NCBI GenBank assembly: GCA_041739675.1
Contig: JBGSNL010000056.1
Span: 1 to 34,962, forward strand
DNA: 34,962 bases
From: a bacterium
GTDB taxonomy: Bacteria; UBA10199; 2-02-FULL-44-16; DYJF01
Reading direction: 5' to 3'
The notes under the pieces were generated by a model. The model was not told the DNA's origin. It ran no database searches and was given only the letters and a program-made list of their open reading frames with translations. Of the stretch, positions 8,886-16,805 are shown one piece after another (position 1 is the stretch's first letter; every line of letters begins with the position of its first letter). The position numbers were made by a program, and so were the translations under genes.

Positions 8886-9572
8886 CTAGAAGTGGTATCC
8901 GACCATCCCCATGAGAGTGAAAGCGGGCTTGAACCCGCCCTCTACGATCTTTGTGCTGACGCCGTTTATGTCTTTGTAATAGTTCTGGAGAAACATTAGA
9001 TCTTCCGTCAGATCGAGGCCCACCCAGATGCGATCCAAGATGAGTGTTTCAAGGCCCGCTCCGACCGCGACGCCTCCGCCCCACGCGCCGATCTTGTTGC
9101 CTGTCGCCTCTGCGTTGACATAGACTGCTCCGCCGGTCCCGCCCAACTTGAGATACGGAATGATCTTCCATTTATTGGGCTGCCAGCCTGCGTGCATGAA
9201 ATATGGAAGGGTGGCGCGCGCCGCGAGGCGGATCTTGATATCGTGTTCGCGCGCGTCCTGAAAGGGGTATGTCGCAGTGCCGTTTCCCACCTGATCTGCG
9301 GCGGTTCCATATTGCAGCTGTAGCATGGGACCTATCCAGTCGGCGATGTCGTAGCCTAAAGAAAGTCCGAAGGCCGGTATAAACGTTCCGTCGAATTTAC
9401 GGTTGGACTGAATGTTCGTATCTTCCGATGTCTGCATCATGCCGCCCATAGCGGCGATCCAGAAACCCTTGTGCCAGCCCTTGTCCGGAAATGCGATGTG
9501 CTCCGCAAAAGACGCTCTGCAGGCAAAAAAGACAACGAACATCGCAGCCGCTGCCATGAAAATCTTTTTCAT
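8886..9572 (-). CDS. Putative outer-membrane beta-barrel protein of unknown family (paralogue of 4367-5020)
   Basis: Signal peptide MKKIFMAAAAM...ASFA, amphipathic strands, terminal VGYHF; start reset to ATG 9572 after a G-rich RBS. Confidence 0.78.
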   Translation of the reverse strand: MKKIFMAAAAMFVVFFACRASFAEHIAFPDKGWHKGFWIAAMGGMMQTSEDTNIQSNRKFDGTFIPAFGLSLGYDIADWIGPMLQLQYGTAADQVGNGTATYPFQDAREHDIKIRLAARATLPYFMHAGWQPNKWKIIPYLKLGGTGGAVYVNAEATGNKIGAWGGGVAVGAGLETLILDRIWVGLDLTEDLMFLQNYYKDINGVSTKIVEGGFKPAFTLMGMVGYHF

Positions 9573-9595
9573 CCCACCCCCTTCTGAATGCGACC

Positions 9596-9623
9596 TGCTT
9601 AGCAAATGGGGTGGTTATGTCAA
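9596..9623 (-). promoter_or_regulatory. Candidate promoter for the barrel-permease-tnaA unit, overlapping the hcp stop codon
   Basis: Minus strand TTGACA (9623-9618), 16 nt ending TGC, then TAAGCA; perfect -35, weak -10. Confidence 0.35.
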
Positions 9624-11275
9624 CCGAGTATTGCCTTCAGATCGTCCGCCGCGGTTGTTATCGGCATTATATTGAATTTCTCGACCAGCACGTTGAGTAC
9701 GTTGGGCGTCACGAAGGCCGGAAGGCTGGGGCCTATCCGCATGTTTTTGATCCCGAGATGGAGAAGCGTCAAAAGAATGCAGACCGCCTTCTGCTCGTAC
9801 CATGAAAGGATGAATGAAAGCGGCAGATCGTTGACAGAGCAGTTGAAGGCCTTCGAGAGGGCCACAGCGATTTGTATCGCGGAATATGAATCGTTGCACT
9901 GGCCGCAATCGAGAAGCCTGGGGATGCCGGCGATTTCGCCGAATTCCATCTTGTTGAAGCGGTATTTTCCGCAGGCGAGCGTAAGAATGACGGTGTCTTT
10001 GGGGGCCTTCTCCGCAAATTCGGTGTAGTAGTTGCGTCCGCTCTTTGCGCCGTCGCATCCGCCGATCAGGAAGAAGTGGCGGATCTTTCCGGCCTTTACC
10101 GCGTCGATCACGGTGGCGGCTACGCCCATCACCGTGTTGTGGCCGAAACCGACGGTTATGAATTTTTCCGGACCATCCTGGCTGAAACCTTCGGCCTTGA
10201 GCGCCGCATCGATGACCGGCTTGAAATTCCCGTCGCTTATGTGCACGACTCCCGGCCATGCAACGAGCCCGGATGTGAAGATGCGGTCCTTGTATGTGTT
10301 CTGCGGTCTCTGAATGCAGTTTGTCGTCATAAGAATTGCGCCAGGAAATTTTGCAAACTCTTTTTGCTGATCCTGCCATGCGCCGCCGTAGTTGCCCACG
10401 AGATGTTTGTATTTTTTGAGCTCGGGATACGCGTGGCAAGGGAGCATCTCGCCGTGCGTATAAACGTTGATCCCTTTGCTTTCCGTTTGCTTGAGCAGTT
10501 GTTCCAAATCTTTGAGATCGTGCCCTGAAACGAGTATCGCCTTTCCTTTCACCGGTTCGACTCGCACCTTCGTAGGTGTCGGGTGGCCGTACGTTCCCGT
10601 ATTTGCGCTGTCCAAAAGTTCCAGGACTTTGAGATTCACCTCTCCGCACTTGAAAACTCTTGCCGTTAGTTCATCGACATTTGTGGGATTTTGTGCCAGG
10701 AAATCGAGCGTCTCATGGAAGAACGCGTAAACGTTGTCATCTTCTTTTCCCAGGATGTACGCATGATCGGCATAGGCCGCCATTCCCTTGAGGCCGTACA
10801 CGATGAGTTCTTGCAGGCCGGTGACGTCGGCGCCCTGCTGATCCAGACGTTTCGTTATCGGCCAATTTTTCCCCTGCTCTATGAGCCCTTCAAGATTATC
10901 GGAGAGCGTCAGCGCGGCCGGACCGGTCAATTGTTCCGGTTCCCGTCCGGCCTTTCGTGATGCGTCCTCATAAAGGTGTTTCACTTTTTCGCGGAGCGGC
11001 GTGAAGCGGCGAAGCAGTCTTTCATACCTCTCGGGATCGAAATTCACGTTCGTGACAGTCGAGAAGAGGGCCTCTATCGCGAAGAGGTCCGCGTCGTGAT
11101 CCTTTGCGCCCAGCTGCCTCGCCCTGTGTGCGTACATCGAAAGGCCCTTTGTAGCGTACATAGTCAGATCGATCATGGCGGAGACGTCCGGATCTTTTCC
11201 GCACACGCCCTGCACCGTGCAGCCCGTCCCCTTGGCCGTCTGTTCACACTGATAGCAGAACATCTTGTTTTCCAT
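9620..11275 (-). CDS. hcp: Hybrid cluster protein (hydroxylamine/NO reductase), class I
   Basis: N-terminal C-x2-C-x8-C-x5-C (MFCYQCEQT), SGHDL, THGEMLP, TTNC, GGCDG, LACGK, GQCND and WYEQKA; full length 551 aa; AAGGAGG RBS. Confidence 0.97.
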   Translation of the reverse strand: MENKMFCYQCEQTAKGTGCTVQGVCGKDPDVSAMIDLTMYATKGLSMYAHRARQLGAKDHDADLFAIEALFSTVTNVNFDPERYERLLRRFTPLREKVKHLYEDASRKAGREPEQLTGPAALTLSDNLEGLIEQGKNWPITKRLDQQGADVTGLQELIVYGLKGMAAYADHAYILGKEDDNVYAFFHETLDFLAQNPTNVDELTARVFKCGEVNLKVLELLDSANTGTYGHPTPTKVRVEPVKGKAILVSGHDLKDLEQLLKQTESKGINVYTHGEMLPCHAYPELKKYKHLVGNYGGAWQDQQKEFAKFPGAILMTTNCIQRPQNTYKDRIFTSGLVAWPGVVHISDGNFKPVIDAALKAEGFSQDGPEKFITVGFGHNTVMGVAATVIDAVKAGKIRHFFLIGGCDGAKSGRNYYTEFAEKAPKDTVILTLACGKYRFNKMEFGEIAGIPRLLDCGQCNDSYSAIQIAVALSKAFNCSVNDLPLSFILSWYEQKAVCILLTLLHLGIKNMRIGPSLPAFVTPNVLNVLVEKFNIMPITTAADDLKAILG

Positions 11276-12056
11276 GGCACTCCTCCTTTAAGGAAAGTTT
11301 TTTGATCTCGTCGTGGATCCCGAACCTCGTCAGGACAAAGTCGTATCTGACAGGATCGTCGGGCGCAAATGCCGCAAACGCGTTTGTCACCTCGATTGCC
11401 GTTTTGAGGTTCGCCTGCTTTCTCTTTGTAAGACCCAGCTCCCTTGCGATTCTGTGCATGTGGGTATCGAGCGGGATTATGAGCTTGGATTTTGGGACTT
11501 TCGTCCATCCGCCCGGATCGACCGCGTCTTTTCTCACCATCCACCTCAGGAAGAGATTCAATCGTTTGCATGCGCTCTTCTTTTCGGCGGAGGGAATCAG
11601 GTTGAGGGAGGCCCTGCACGAGAGCGACTTTTCAAATGACGAGAGCGCTTCAAGGACCGTTTGGTCCTCCTTTTTGAGGCCGGACAGGAAACACTTTTCA
11701 AGCGAGCCGTGTCGTTCGATCGCGGACTTCATGCCGACGAGCAAACATGCTACGTCGCCGCCGGTCGTGAAGCGGTGCTTGAAATCTGCGAACGTTTTTT
11801 GAATTTCAAGTTTACCTGATTTTTTCAAATACACCGAAGGGGAGGGAGCCATTCTCTTCAGCACGATCGACACGCTTTTGAGTATCTGCCGCACTCTCCC
11901 ATATGCCAATGAGGATGCTATGAGGGCGGCGATCTCTCGGTCGCGGACGTTTTCATAATCGTAGAGAAACTCGAGTGGATCGGGATGGACGTATTTTCGG
12001 CGGTTATATTTCCCGTATATTTTTTCGAGCGTCTCTTTGTTCACTATGTTCGACAT
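11244..12056 (-). CDS. TIGR02757/DUF2400-family protein
   Basis: HPDPL, DREIAALIASSLAYG, SACKRLNLFLRWMVR, DPGGW, LIIPLDTH and PDDPVRYDF. Start ATG 12056 (alternative 12077). Overlaps the hcp start by 32 nt. Confidence 0.9.
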   Translation of the reverse strand: MSNIVNKETLEKIYGKYNRRKYVHPDPLEFLYDYENVRDREIAALIASSLAYGRVRQILKSVSIVLKRMAPSPSVYLKKSGKLEIQKTFADFKHRFTTGGDVACLLVGMKSAIERHGSLEKCFLSGLKKEDQTVLEALSSFEKSLSCRASLNLIPSAEKKSACKRLNLFLRWMVRKDAVDPGGWTKVPKSKLIIPLDTHMHRIARELGLTKRKQANLKTAIEVTNAFAAFAPDDPVRYDFVLTRFGIHDEIKKLSLKEECHGKQDVLLSV

Positions 12057-12057
12057 G

Positions 12058-12498
12058 TTATTGTGCCGCCTTGCCATTTTCATCTCCCCTGTAAGCCTCT
12101 GAAAGTTGCGCAAGGTTCGTTTTAGAAAGGTAATTGACGACCTCACTGTTCACGTTTTCGATCAGATTGCCGAGGATGCATTTCTTGTCGCGGCAGACCG
12201 GCGTGCCCAGAAGGCAGTTGTTGAAATTGGGTCTTCCCTCTATCGATTCATAGACGGTGAGAAGGGTGATGTGATCGGCGGGCCTGGTCAGAAGAAAACC
12301 GCCGTTCGGACCGCGGATCGATCTTATGAGCCCCGCTTTCACAAGGCGTTGCAGCACCTTCATAAGATGAGTGTCGGAGACCTTAAGGGCCGATACGATT
12401 TCCCTGCTTGTAACCAATTCCTTATCGTTGGCCGCTATATAGGCCATGGAATGGATGGCGATGGAGGCGGCTTCCGATATCTTCAAAGTGGTTGACAT
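12058..12498 (-). CDS. Rrf2-family transcriptional regulator with three Cys (Fe-S, NsrR-like)
   Basis: HLMKVLQRLVKAGLIRSIRGPNGGF, ITLLTVYESIEG and C-x6-C-x4-C (CLLGTPVCRDKKC). Confidence 0.93.
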   Translation of the reverse strand: MSTTLKISEAASIAIHSMAYIAANDKELVTSREIVSALKVSDTHLMKVLQRLVKAGLIRSIRGPNGGFLLTRPADHITLLTVYESIEGRPNFNNCLLGTPVCRDKKCILGNLIENVNSEVVNYLSKTNLAQLSEAYRGDENGKAAQ

Positions 12499-12516
12499 AA
12501 TTGGCTAAATCCTTTC

Positions 12517-12563
12517 ATTCTGGAATTGTGGAACTCAAATACCAGAATACAAAAAGATGTCAA
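12517..12563 (-). promoter_or_regulatory. Candidate promoter and overlapping palindromic operator of the Rrf2-TIGR02757-hcp unit
   Basis: TTGACA at 12563-12558 with TGG-TATTTG 16 nt downstream; inverted repeat ATTCTGG 12517-12523/CCAGAAT 12542-12548 enclosing the dyad TGGAACTCAAATACCA at 12529-12544. Confidence 0.5.
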
Positions 12564-12685
12564 TGCTAAAAATGGCACATGGCATATGGCAAGACCCGGT
12601 CGGCACCGACGGAGCTCAAATGACAAATGACAAAACGCCGAAAGGTGTGCACAATGTCGCAACTTTCAAAACGGAAGGGGGCAAT

Positions 12686-13297
12686 ATGAAAGTAAATATT
12701 ATTTTTCACAGCTTCTATGGACACATCTACAAGATGGCCGAAGCGGTGGCCCTTGGTGCAAGGCAGGTGAAGGGCGCTGAAGTGAAAATACTTCAGGTGA
12801 AGGAGTTGTTGGCTGATGAGATACTCACGAAGATGGGAGCGCTGGAACCCAGGAAACAATTTGCACACATCCCTGTCGCGACCGTCAACGATCTGGCGGA
12901 TGCAGACGCGTTGATTCTCGGCACGCCCACGCGCTTCGGCATGATGACGGCTTCGATGCGCGCCCTGTGGGACGCAACGGGCGGTTTGTGGATGAAAGGA
13001 TCGCTCATCGGAAAAGTGGGGAGCGTTTTCACATCTACCGGCACACAGCACGGCGGGCAGGAATCCACGATCTTAAGTTTCCACACGACGCTTCTGCACC
13101 ACGGTATGGTTATCGTCGGCGTTCCGTATTCGGAGCAGAGGCAGATGACGACTTCGGAAATTTCCGGCGGCAGCCCTTACGGCTCGTCTACGATAGCGGG
13201 CTCCGACGGATCGCGCGTGCCCACGGAGAACGAGTTGGCGATAGCCGCATTCCAGGGGAAACACGTCGCAGAAATCGCGATGAAATTGTTTGGATAG
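12686..13297 (+). CDS. wrbA: NAD(P)H:quinone oxidoreductase, WrbA family
   Basis: HSFYGH, GTPTRFG, STGTQHGGQE, HHGM and GGSPYG; start reset to ATG 12686 after GAAGGGGG. Confidence 0.96.
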   Translation: MKVNIIFHSFYGHIYKMAEAVALGARQVKGAEVKILQVKELLADEILTKMGALEPRKQFAHIPVATVNDLADADALILGTPTRFGMMTASMRALWDATGGLWMKGSLIGKVGSVFTSTGTQHGGQESTILSFHTTLLHHGMVIVGVPYSEQRQMTTSEISGGSPYGSSTIAGSDGSRVPTENELAIAAFQGKHVAEIAMKLFG

Positions 13298-13316
13298 AAT
13301 TTATTAAAGGAGTGTT

Positions 13317-14135
13317 ATGAAACTCTGCAAAAAACTGTTTCTGTTTGTCTTGCCCTTTTTTCTTTGCGGCTGCCTCGAAGTGAAGCAGGAAATTACCGTG
13401 AACAAAGACGGGGGCGGAAAAATCACGGAAACGGTGATGATCTCCAAGGCTATGCTCAAGCAGCTCAATGACATCTTTTCCGGCCTGGGTTCCGGAAAGG
13501 GGAAAAAATCCGAAAAGATAGATATCTACGATAAGAAAAAGCTGGAGGCGGACGCGGCGAATTACGGCCCTGACGTGAAATACGTCTCCAGTAAAAAGGT
13601 GAGCACAAAAACCAAAGAGGGTTACGAGGTCGTCTACGCCTTCAATGATATAAATAATTTAAAGCTCAACGAGAATCCCGGCGATAAGGGGCCGAAGACG
13701 TCGAAGGACGATAAGTCGGACGCTAAAGTCGAAAATATAACGTTCAAATTTGAAAAAGGGGATCCGGCCACGCTCATCGTGAATTTCCCGCCCATGGCCA
13801 AGGCGCCGAAGGAAAAGAAGAAAAAGGGCGTTAAGAAAGATAAGGAAGACGAGAAGAAGCAGATCGAAGAGGCGCGCGAGGTCTTCAAGGACTTTTATAT
13901 AGATATCACCATCAAACCGGAAGGCGAGATAGTGGAAACGAACGCGACATACCGCGACGGGAACACGATTACGATACTGGAGATGGATTTCGACGAACTC
14001 CTCAAGGACGAAAAGCAGTTCGAGTCTTTCGCGAAAAAAGAGACGGAGACGGTCGAGGAGACGAAGGCGCTGCTCAAAAATTTACCGGGATTCAAGGTGG
14101 AGACGAATAAAAAGGTGATTATCAAGTTTAAATGA
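13317..14135 (+). CDS. Lipoprotein of unknown function (LppM/DUF3153-like N-terminus), Lys/Glu-rich
   Basis: Lipobox FLCG-C followed by LEVKQEITVNKDGGGK; AAGGAG RBS; 19 nt after wrbA. Confidence 0.75.
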   Translation: MKLCKKLFLFVLPFFLCGCLEVKQEITVNKDGGGKITETVMISKAMLKQLNDIFSGLGSGKGKKSEKIDIYDKKKLEADAANYGPDVKYVSSKKVSTKTKEGYEVVYAFNDINNLKLNENPGDKGPKTSKDDKSDAKVENITFKFEKGDPATLIVNFPPMAKAPKEKKKKGVKKDKEDEKKQIEEAREVFKDFYIDITIKPEGEIVETNATYRDGNTITILEMDFDELLKDEKQFESFAKKETETVEETKALLKNLPGFKVETNKKVIIKFK

Positions 14136-15300
14136 TTTTAGCGTATTCCTGTCCCGCATTGAAACATCCATCGATCTCATTTGGGTCGGGGACGTACTTG
14201 CAGGTCATTGAAGGCCTCGTTATTTCGATTCCCGTCGCCTTCAGCTCCGCCTCAACTGCAGCAGTTCCGCCGCCGGCCCAGCCGAATGAGCCGAAGGCAA
14301 AGCCTATCCTGCCTTTCGGCTTCAAGCCCTTCATGTAGGTCAAGAATCCGGCGACTGTCGGCAACATTCCGTTATTGAGAGTGGGGGAGCCCACGATTAT
14401 TGCCTTTGCGTCCAGGACTTCCTTCATGATCTCGGACATATCGCTTGTCCTGAGACAAAAATATTTTGTCTCGACGCCGCCGACCGCCAGACCTTCCGCG
14501 ATCGCCCGCGCCATCTTTTCAGTTGAGTTCCACATCGTGTCGTAGACGACGACGGCCTTTTTCCTTGTCCTGTTTGCGGCCCAATCCTTGTAGCAGGAGA
14601 CGATATCGGCAACGTGATTTCGCCAGATGATCCCGTGGCTGGGCGCAATCATTCTGATCTCAAGTCTTGATACTGTTTCAACCGCTTTTGCCGCCGGGCC
14701 GGCCAACGGCAGCACTATGTTCGCATAGTATTTTGCCGCCTCGCCTCTCACATCCTCCCACGAGCACTCGTCGTCGAATCTCTCATGCGAAGCGATGTGC
14801 TGCCCGAACGCGTCGTTGGAAAACAAAATCTTCTCCTCCGGACAATATGTCACCATCGAATCGGGCCAGTGGACCATGGGCACTTCCACAAAAGCGAGCG
14901 ATCTTTTCCCCAGCGAAATTGAATCGCCGGTCTTTACAATTTTGAAGTTCCAGTTCGCCTTGAAATGGCGGTTTATGTCCTCTGCAGCGCGTTTATCGGC
15001 GACAAGCTCCGCTTTCGGGGCGGCTGCTCTCATCGCGGCAAGGGCGCCGGAATGGTCCATCTCAACGTGATTCGAAACGACGTAATCTATTTTTGAACAA
15101 TCGACGACCGACGAGATCCGCTCGATCAGTTCCGAGGAGAAGGGCGCCTTGGCGGTATCTATGAGCGCGATCTTCTCATCGACAATGAGGTAGGCGTTGT
15201 AAGTCGATCCGCGCGGCGTTATGTATCCGTGAAAATTGCGCAGGTTCCAGTCAACTGCGCCGACCCAATAGATATTATCAGCAATTTTTGTGGCCTTCAT
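14128..15300 (-). CDS. fprA: Flavodiiron protein (class A; NO/O2 reductase)
   Basis: GSTYNAYL, HVEMDH, VHWPD, SNDAFGQH, PSHG, then flavodoxin motifs YDTMWNST, GSPT and FGSFGW; start ATG 15300. Confidence 0.95.
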   Translation of the reverse strand: MKATKIADNIYWVGAVDWNLRNFHGYITPRGSTYNAYLIVDEKIALIDTAKAPFSSELIERISSVVDCSKIDYVVSNHVEMDHSGALAAMRAAAPKAELVADKRAAEDINRHFKANWNFKIVKTGDSISLGKRSLAFVEVPMVHWPDSMVTYCPEEKILFSNDAFGQHIASHERFDDECSWEDVRGEAAKYYANIVLPLAGPAAKAVETVSRLEIRMIAPSHGIIWRNHVADIVSCYKDWAANRTRKKAVVVYDTMWNSTEKMARAIAEGLAVGGVETKYFCLRTSDMSEIMKEVLDAKAIIVGSPTLNNGMLPTVAGFLTYMKGLKPKGRIGFAFGSFGWAGGGTAAVEAELKATGIEITRPSMTCKYVPDPNEIDGCFNAGQEYAKII

Positions 15301-15806
15301 TTTTTCAACCTTTTTCTGTATTCGCAATAGGTCAGGGGATCGCCCTCCGTCTTGTATCCCGCCCTTGTCACATCTCCAATGAAAAGCGTGTGGCTCCCCA
15401 GATCTACGCACATGTTATGGACGACACAGCACTCGAAAAAAGCGAGGGCGTCGGGAATTATGGGTGCGCCGTTTTCGCCGCGCATGACGGTAATGTCTTT
15501 GAACTTATTCACCTGTCTTCCGGACTTAAGACCGAAAAGCTTGATCTTCTCCTGACAGGAGACATCCTCTTTGCACAGGACGTTTACGATGAAAAAACCC
15601 GTTTCAGAGATGATCTCGTGCGTGAAAGAGGTTTTTCTCATGCTGAGCGCGATGCGCGGCGGATGCGACCCGGCCTGCATGAGCGCGTCGACGCACTGGC
15701 CGTTGAAGCGCCCGCGCCTGGCTGAAGTGACAATGTAGAGGCCGTGCGTGATGGCAAAAAGAGATTGTTGTAAATTCCTGTCGTCTTTGGCGATTATGAA
15801 ATCCAT
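15297..15806 (-). CDS. Flavin reductase-like FMN-binding protein
   Basis: ITHGLYIVTS, FNGQ, FGLKSGR, GSHTLFIG and PLTY; stop overlaps the fprA start (ATGA). Confidence 0.88.
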   Translation of the reverse strand: MDFIIAKDDRNLQQSLFAITHGLYIVTSARRGRFNGQCVDALMQAGSHPPRIALSMRKTSFTHEIISETGFFIVNVLCKEDVSCQEKIKLFGLKSGRQVNKFKDITVMRGENGAPIIPDALAFFECCVVHNMCVDLGSHTLFIGDVTRAGYKTEGDPLTYCEYRKRLKK

Positions 15807-15809
15807 GAA

Positions 15810-16805
15810 TCACGCCTTCCGGAAAGTTTTGTAGAGCCACACATGGTAGCCGATGACGAGCGGCATGCCGATTACCGCGATGATAAGCATTACTTTCAGC
15901 GTCAAGGGCGAAGATGACGAGTTGGAAATCGTGAGACTCAGGTCGGGATTGTTCAGCGCGATGACGGTATTGGGGAAAAGCATTGCCGCAAGAGTTGCCA
16001 TGAGAGCCGCGATGGAAAACGAGGACGCACCAAAAGCCTTTTGAGCTTCCCCCTTTGCCGAAAAATAATATGTCTTGAGGATGGCAACGAACGTTATGAA
16101 TGGAATGGCCCATAAAAACCAGTTGTCGAAATAATTTTCAAGCAGATGGGGCTGGTCCACGACCGTGGCTATGAAAAAGAGAGCGAATATTGTGAACGAG
16201 AAAAAGCACGCCCTGGCCGCCCATGATTTTGCCCTGGCGGCTATCTCGCCTTGCGTTTTCAGGGCCGCGAAAGTGGCGCCCTGCATGGCGAACACAGAAA
16301 GAGAGAGGAGGCCCGCAAGAAGCGCATAGAAGTTCAGAAGATCGAAGAAGCCGCCCGCGTAATTCATCATCGCGTCGATATCGATGCCTCTAAGCACGTT
16401 GCCGGTGGCAACGCCGAAGAGGATAGCGGGAATAATGCTTCCTACAGCGAAAGATACGTCCCAGAATCCGCGCCATTTTGCAGAATCGGTCTTGTTTCGA
16501 AACTCGATTGCGACGGCGCGGAACATGAGCGCGAACAAGACCAGCATGAGCGCCAGATACATGCCGGAAAAAACGGTGGCGTAAACGTGCGGGAAGGCGG
16601 CAAAGATCGCGCCGCCGCCGGTAAGTAACCACACCTCATTTCCGTCCCAGACCGGCCCGATAGCCGAAAGAAGGGCGCGGCGATCTTCATCTTTTTTTGC
16701 GAAAAGATACCAGAAACCCACGCCCAGATCGAAGCCGTCGAGAATGGCGTAGACGGTGAGGAGAAAACCGATCAGGACGAACCATATTATCTGAAGCCCG
16801 CTCAA
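15810..16805 (-). CDS. cydB: Cytochrome bd oxidase subunit II
   Basis: ILDGFDLGVG, IGPVWDGNEVWL, AAFP and RAVAIEFR; TTG start at 16805 after GGAGGTG, overlapping the cydA stop. Confidence 0.95.
   Translation of the reverse strand: MSGLQIIWFVLIGFLLTVYAILDGFDLGVGFWYLFAKKDEDRRALLSAIGPVWDGNEVWLLTGGGAIFAAFPHVYATVFSGMYLALMLVLFALMFRAVAIEFRNKTDSAKWRGFWDVSFAVGSIIPAILFGVATGNVLRGIDIDAMMNYAGGFFDLLNFYALLAGLLSLSVFAMQGATFAALKTQGEIAARAKSWAARACFFSFTIFALFFIATVVDQPHLLENYFDNWFLWAIPFITFVAILKTYYFSAKGEAQKAFGASSFSIAALMATLAAMLFPNTVIALNNPDLSLTISNSSSSPLTLKVMLIIAVIGMPLVIGYHVWLYKTFRKA

Noticed and set aside
9615..10649. 344-aa alternative-frame ORF inside hcp
   Set aside because: Arg-rich shadow frame of a GC-rich gene; hcp is intact, so no frameshift is needed.
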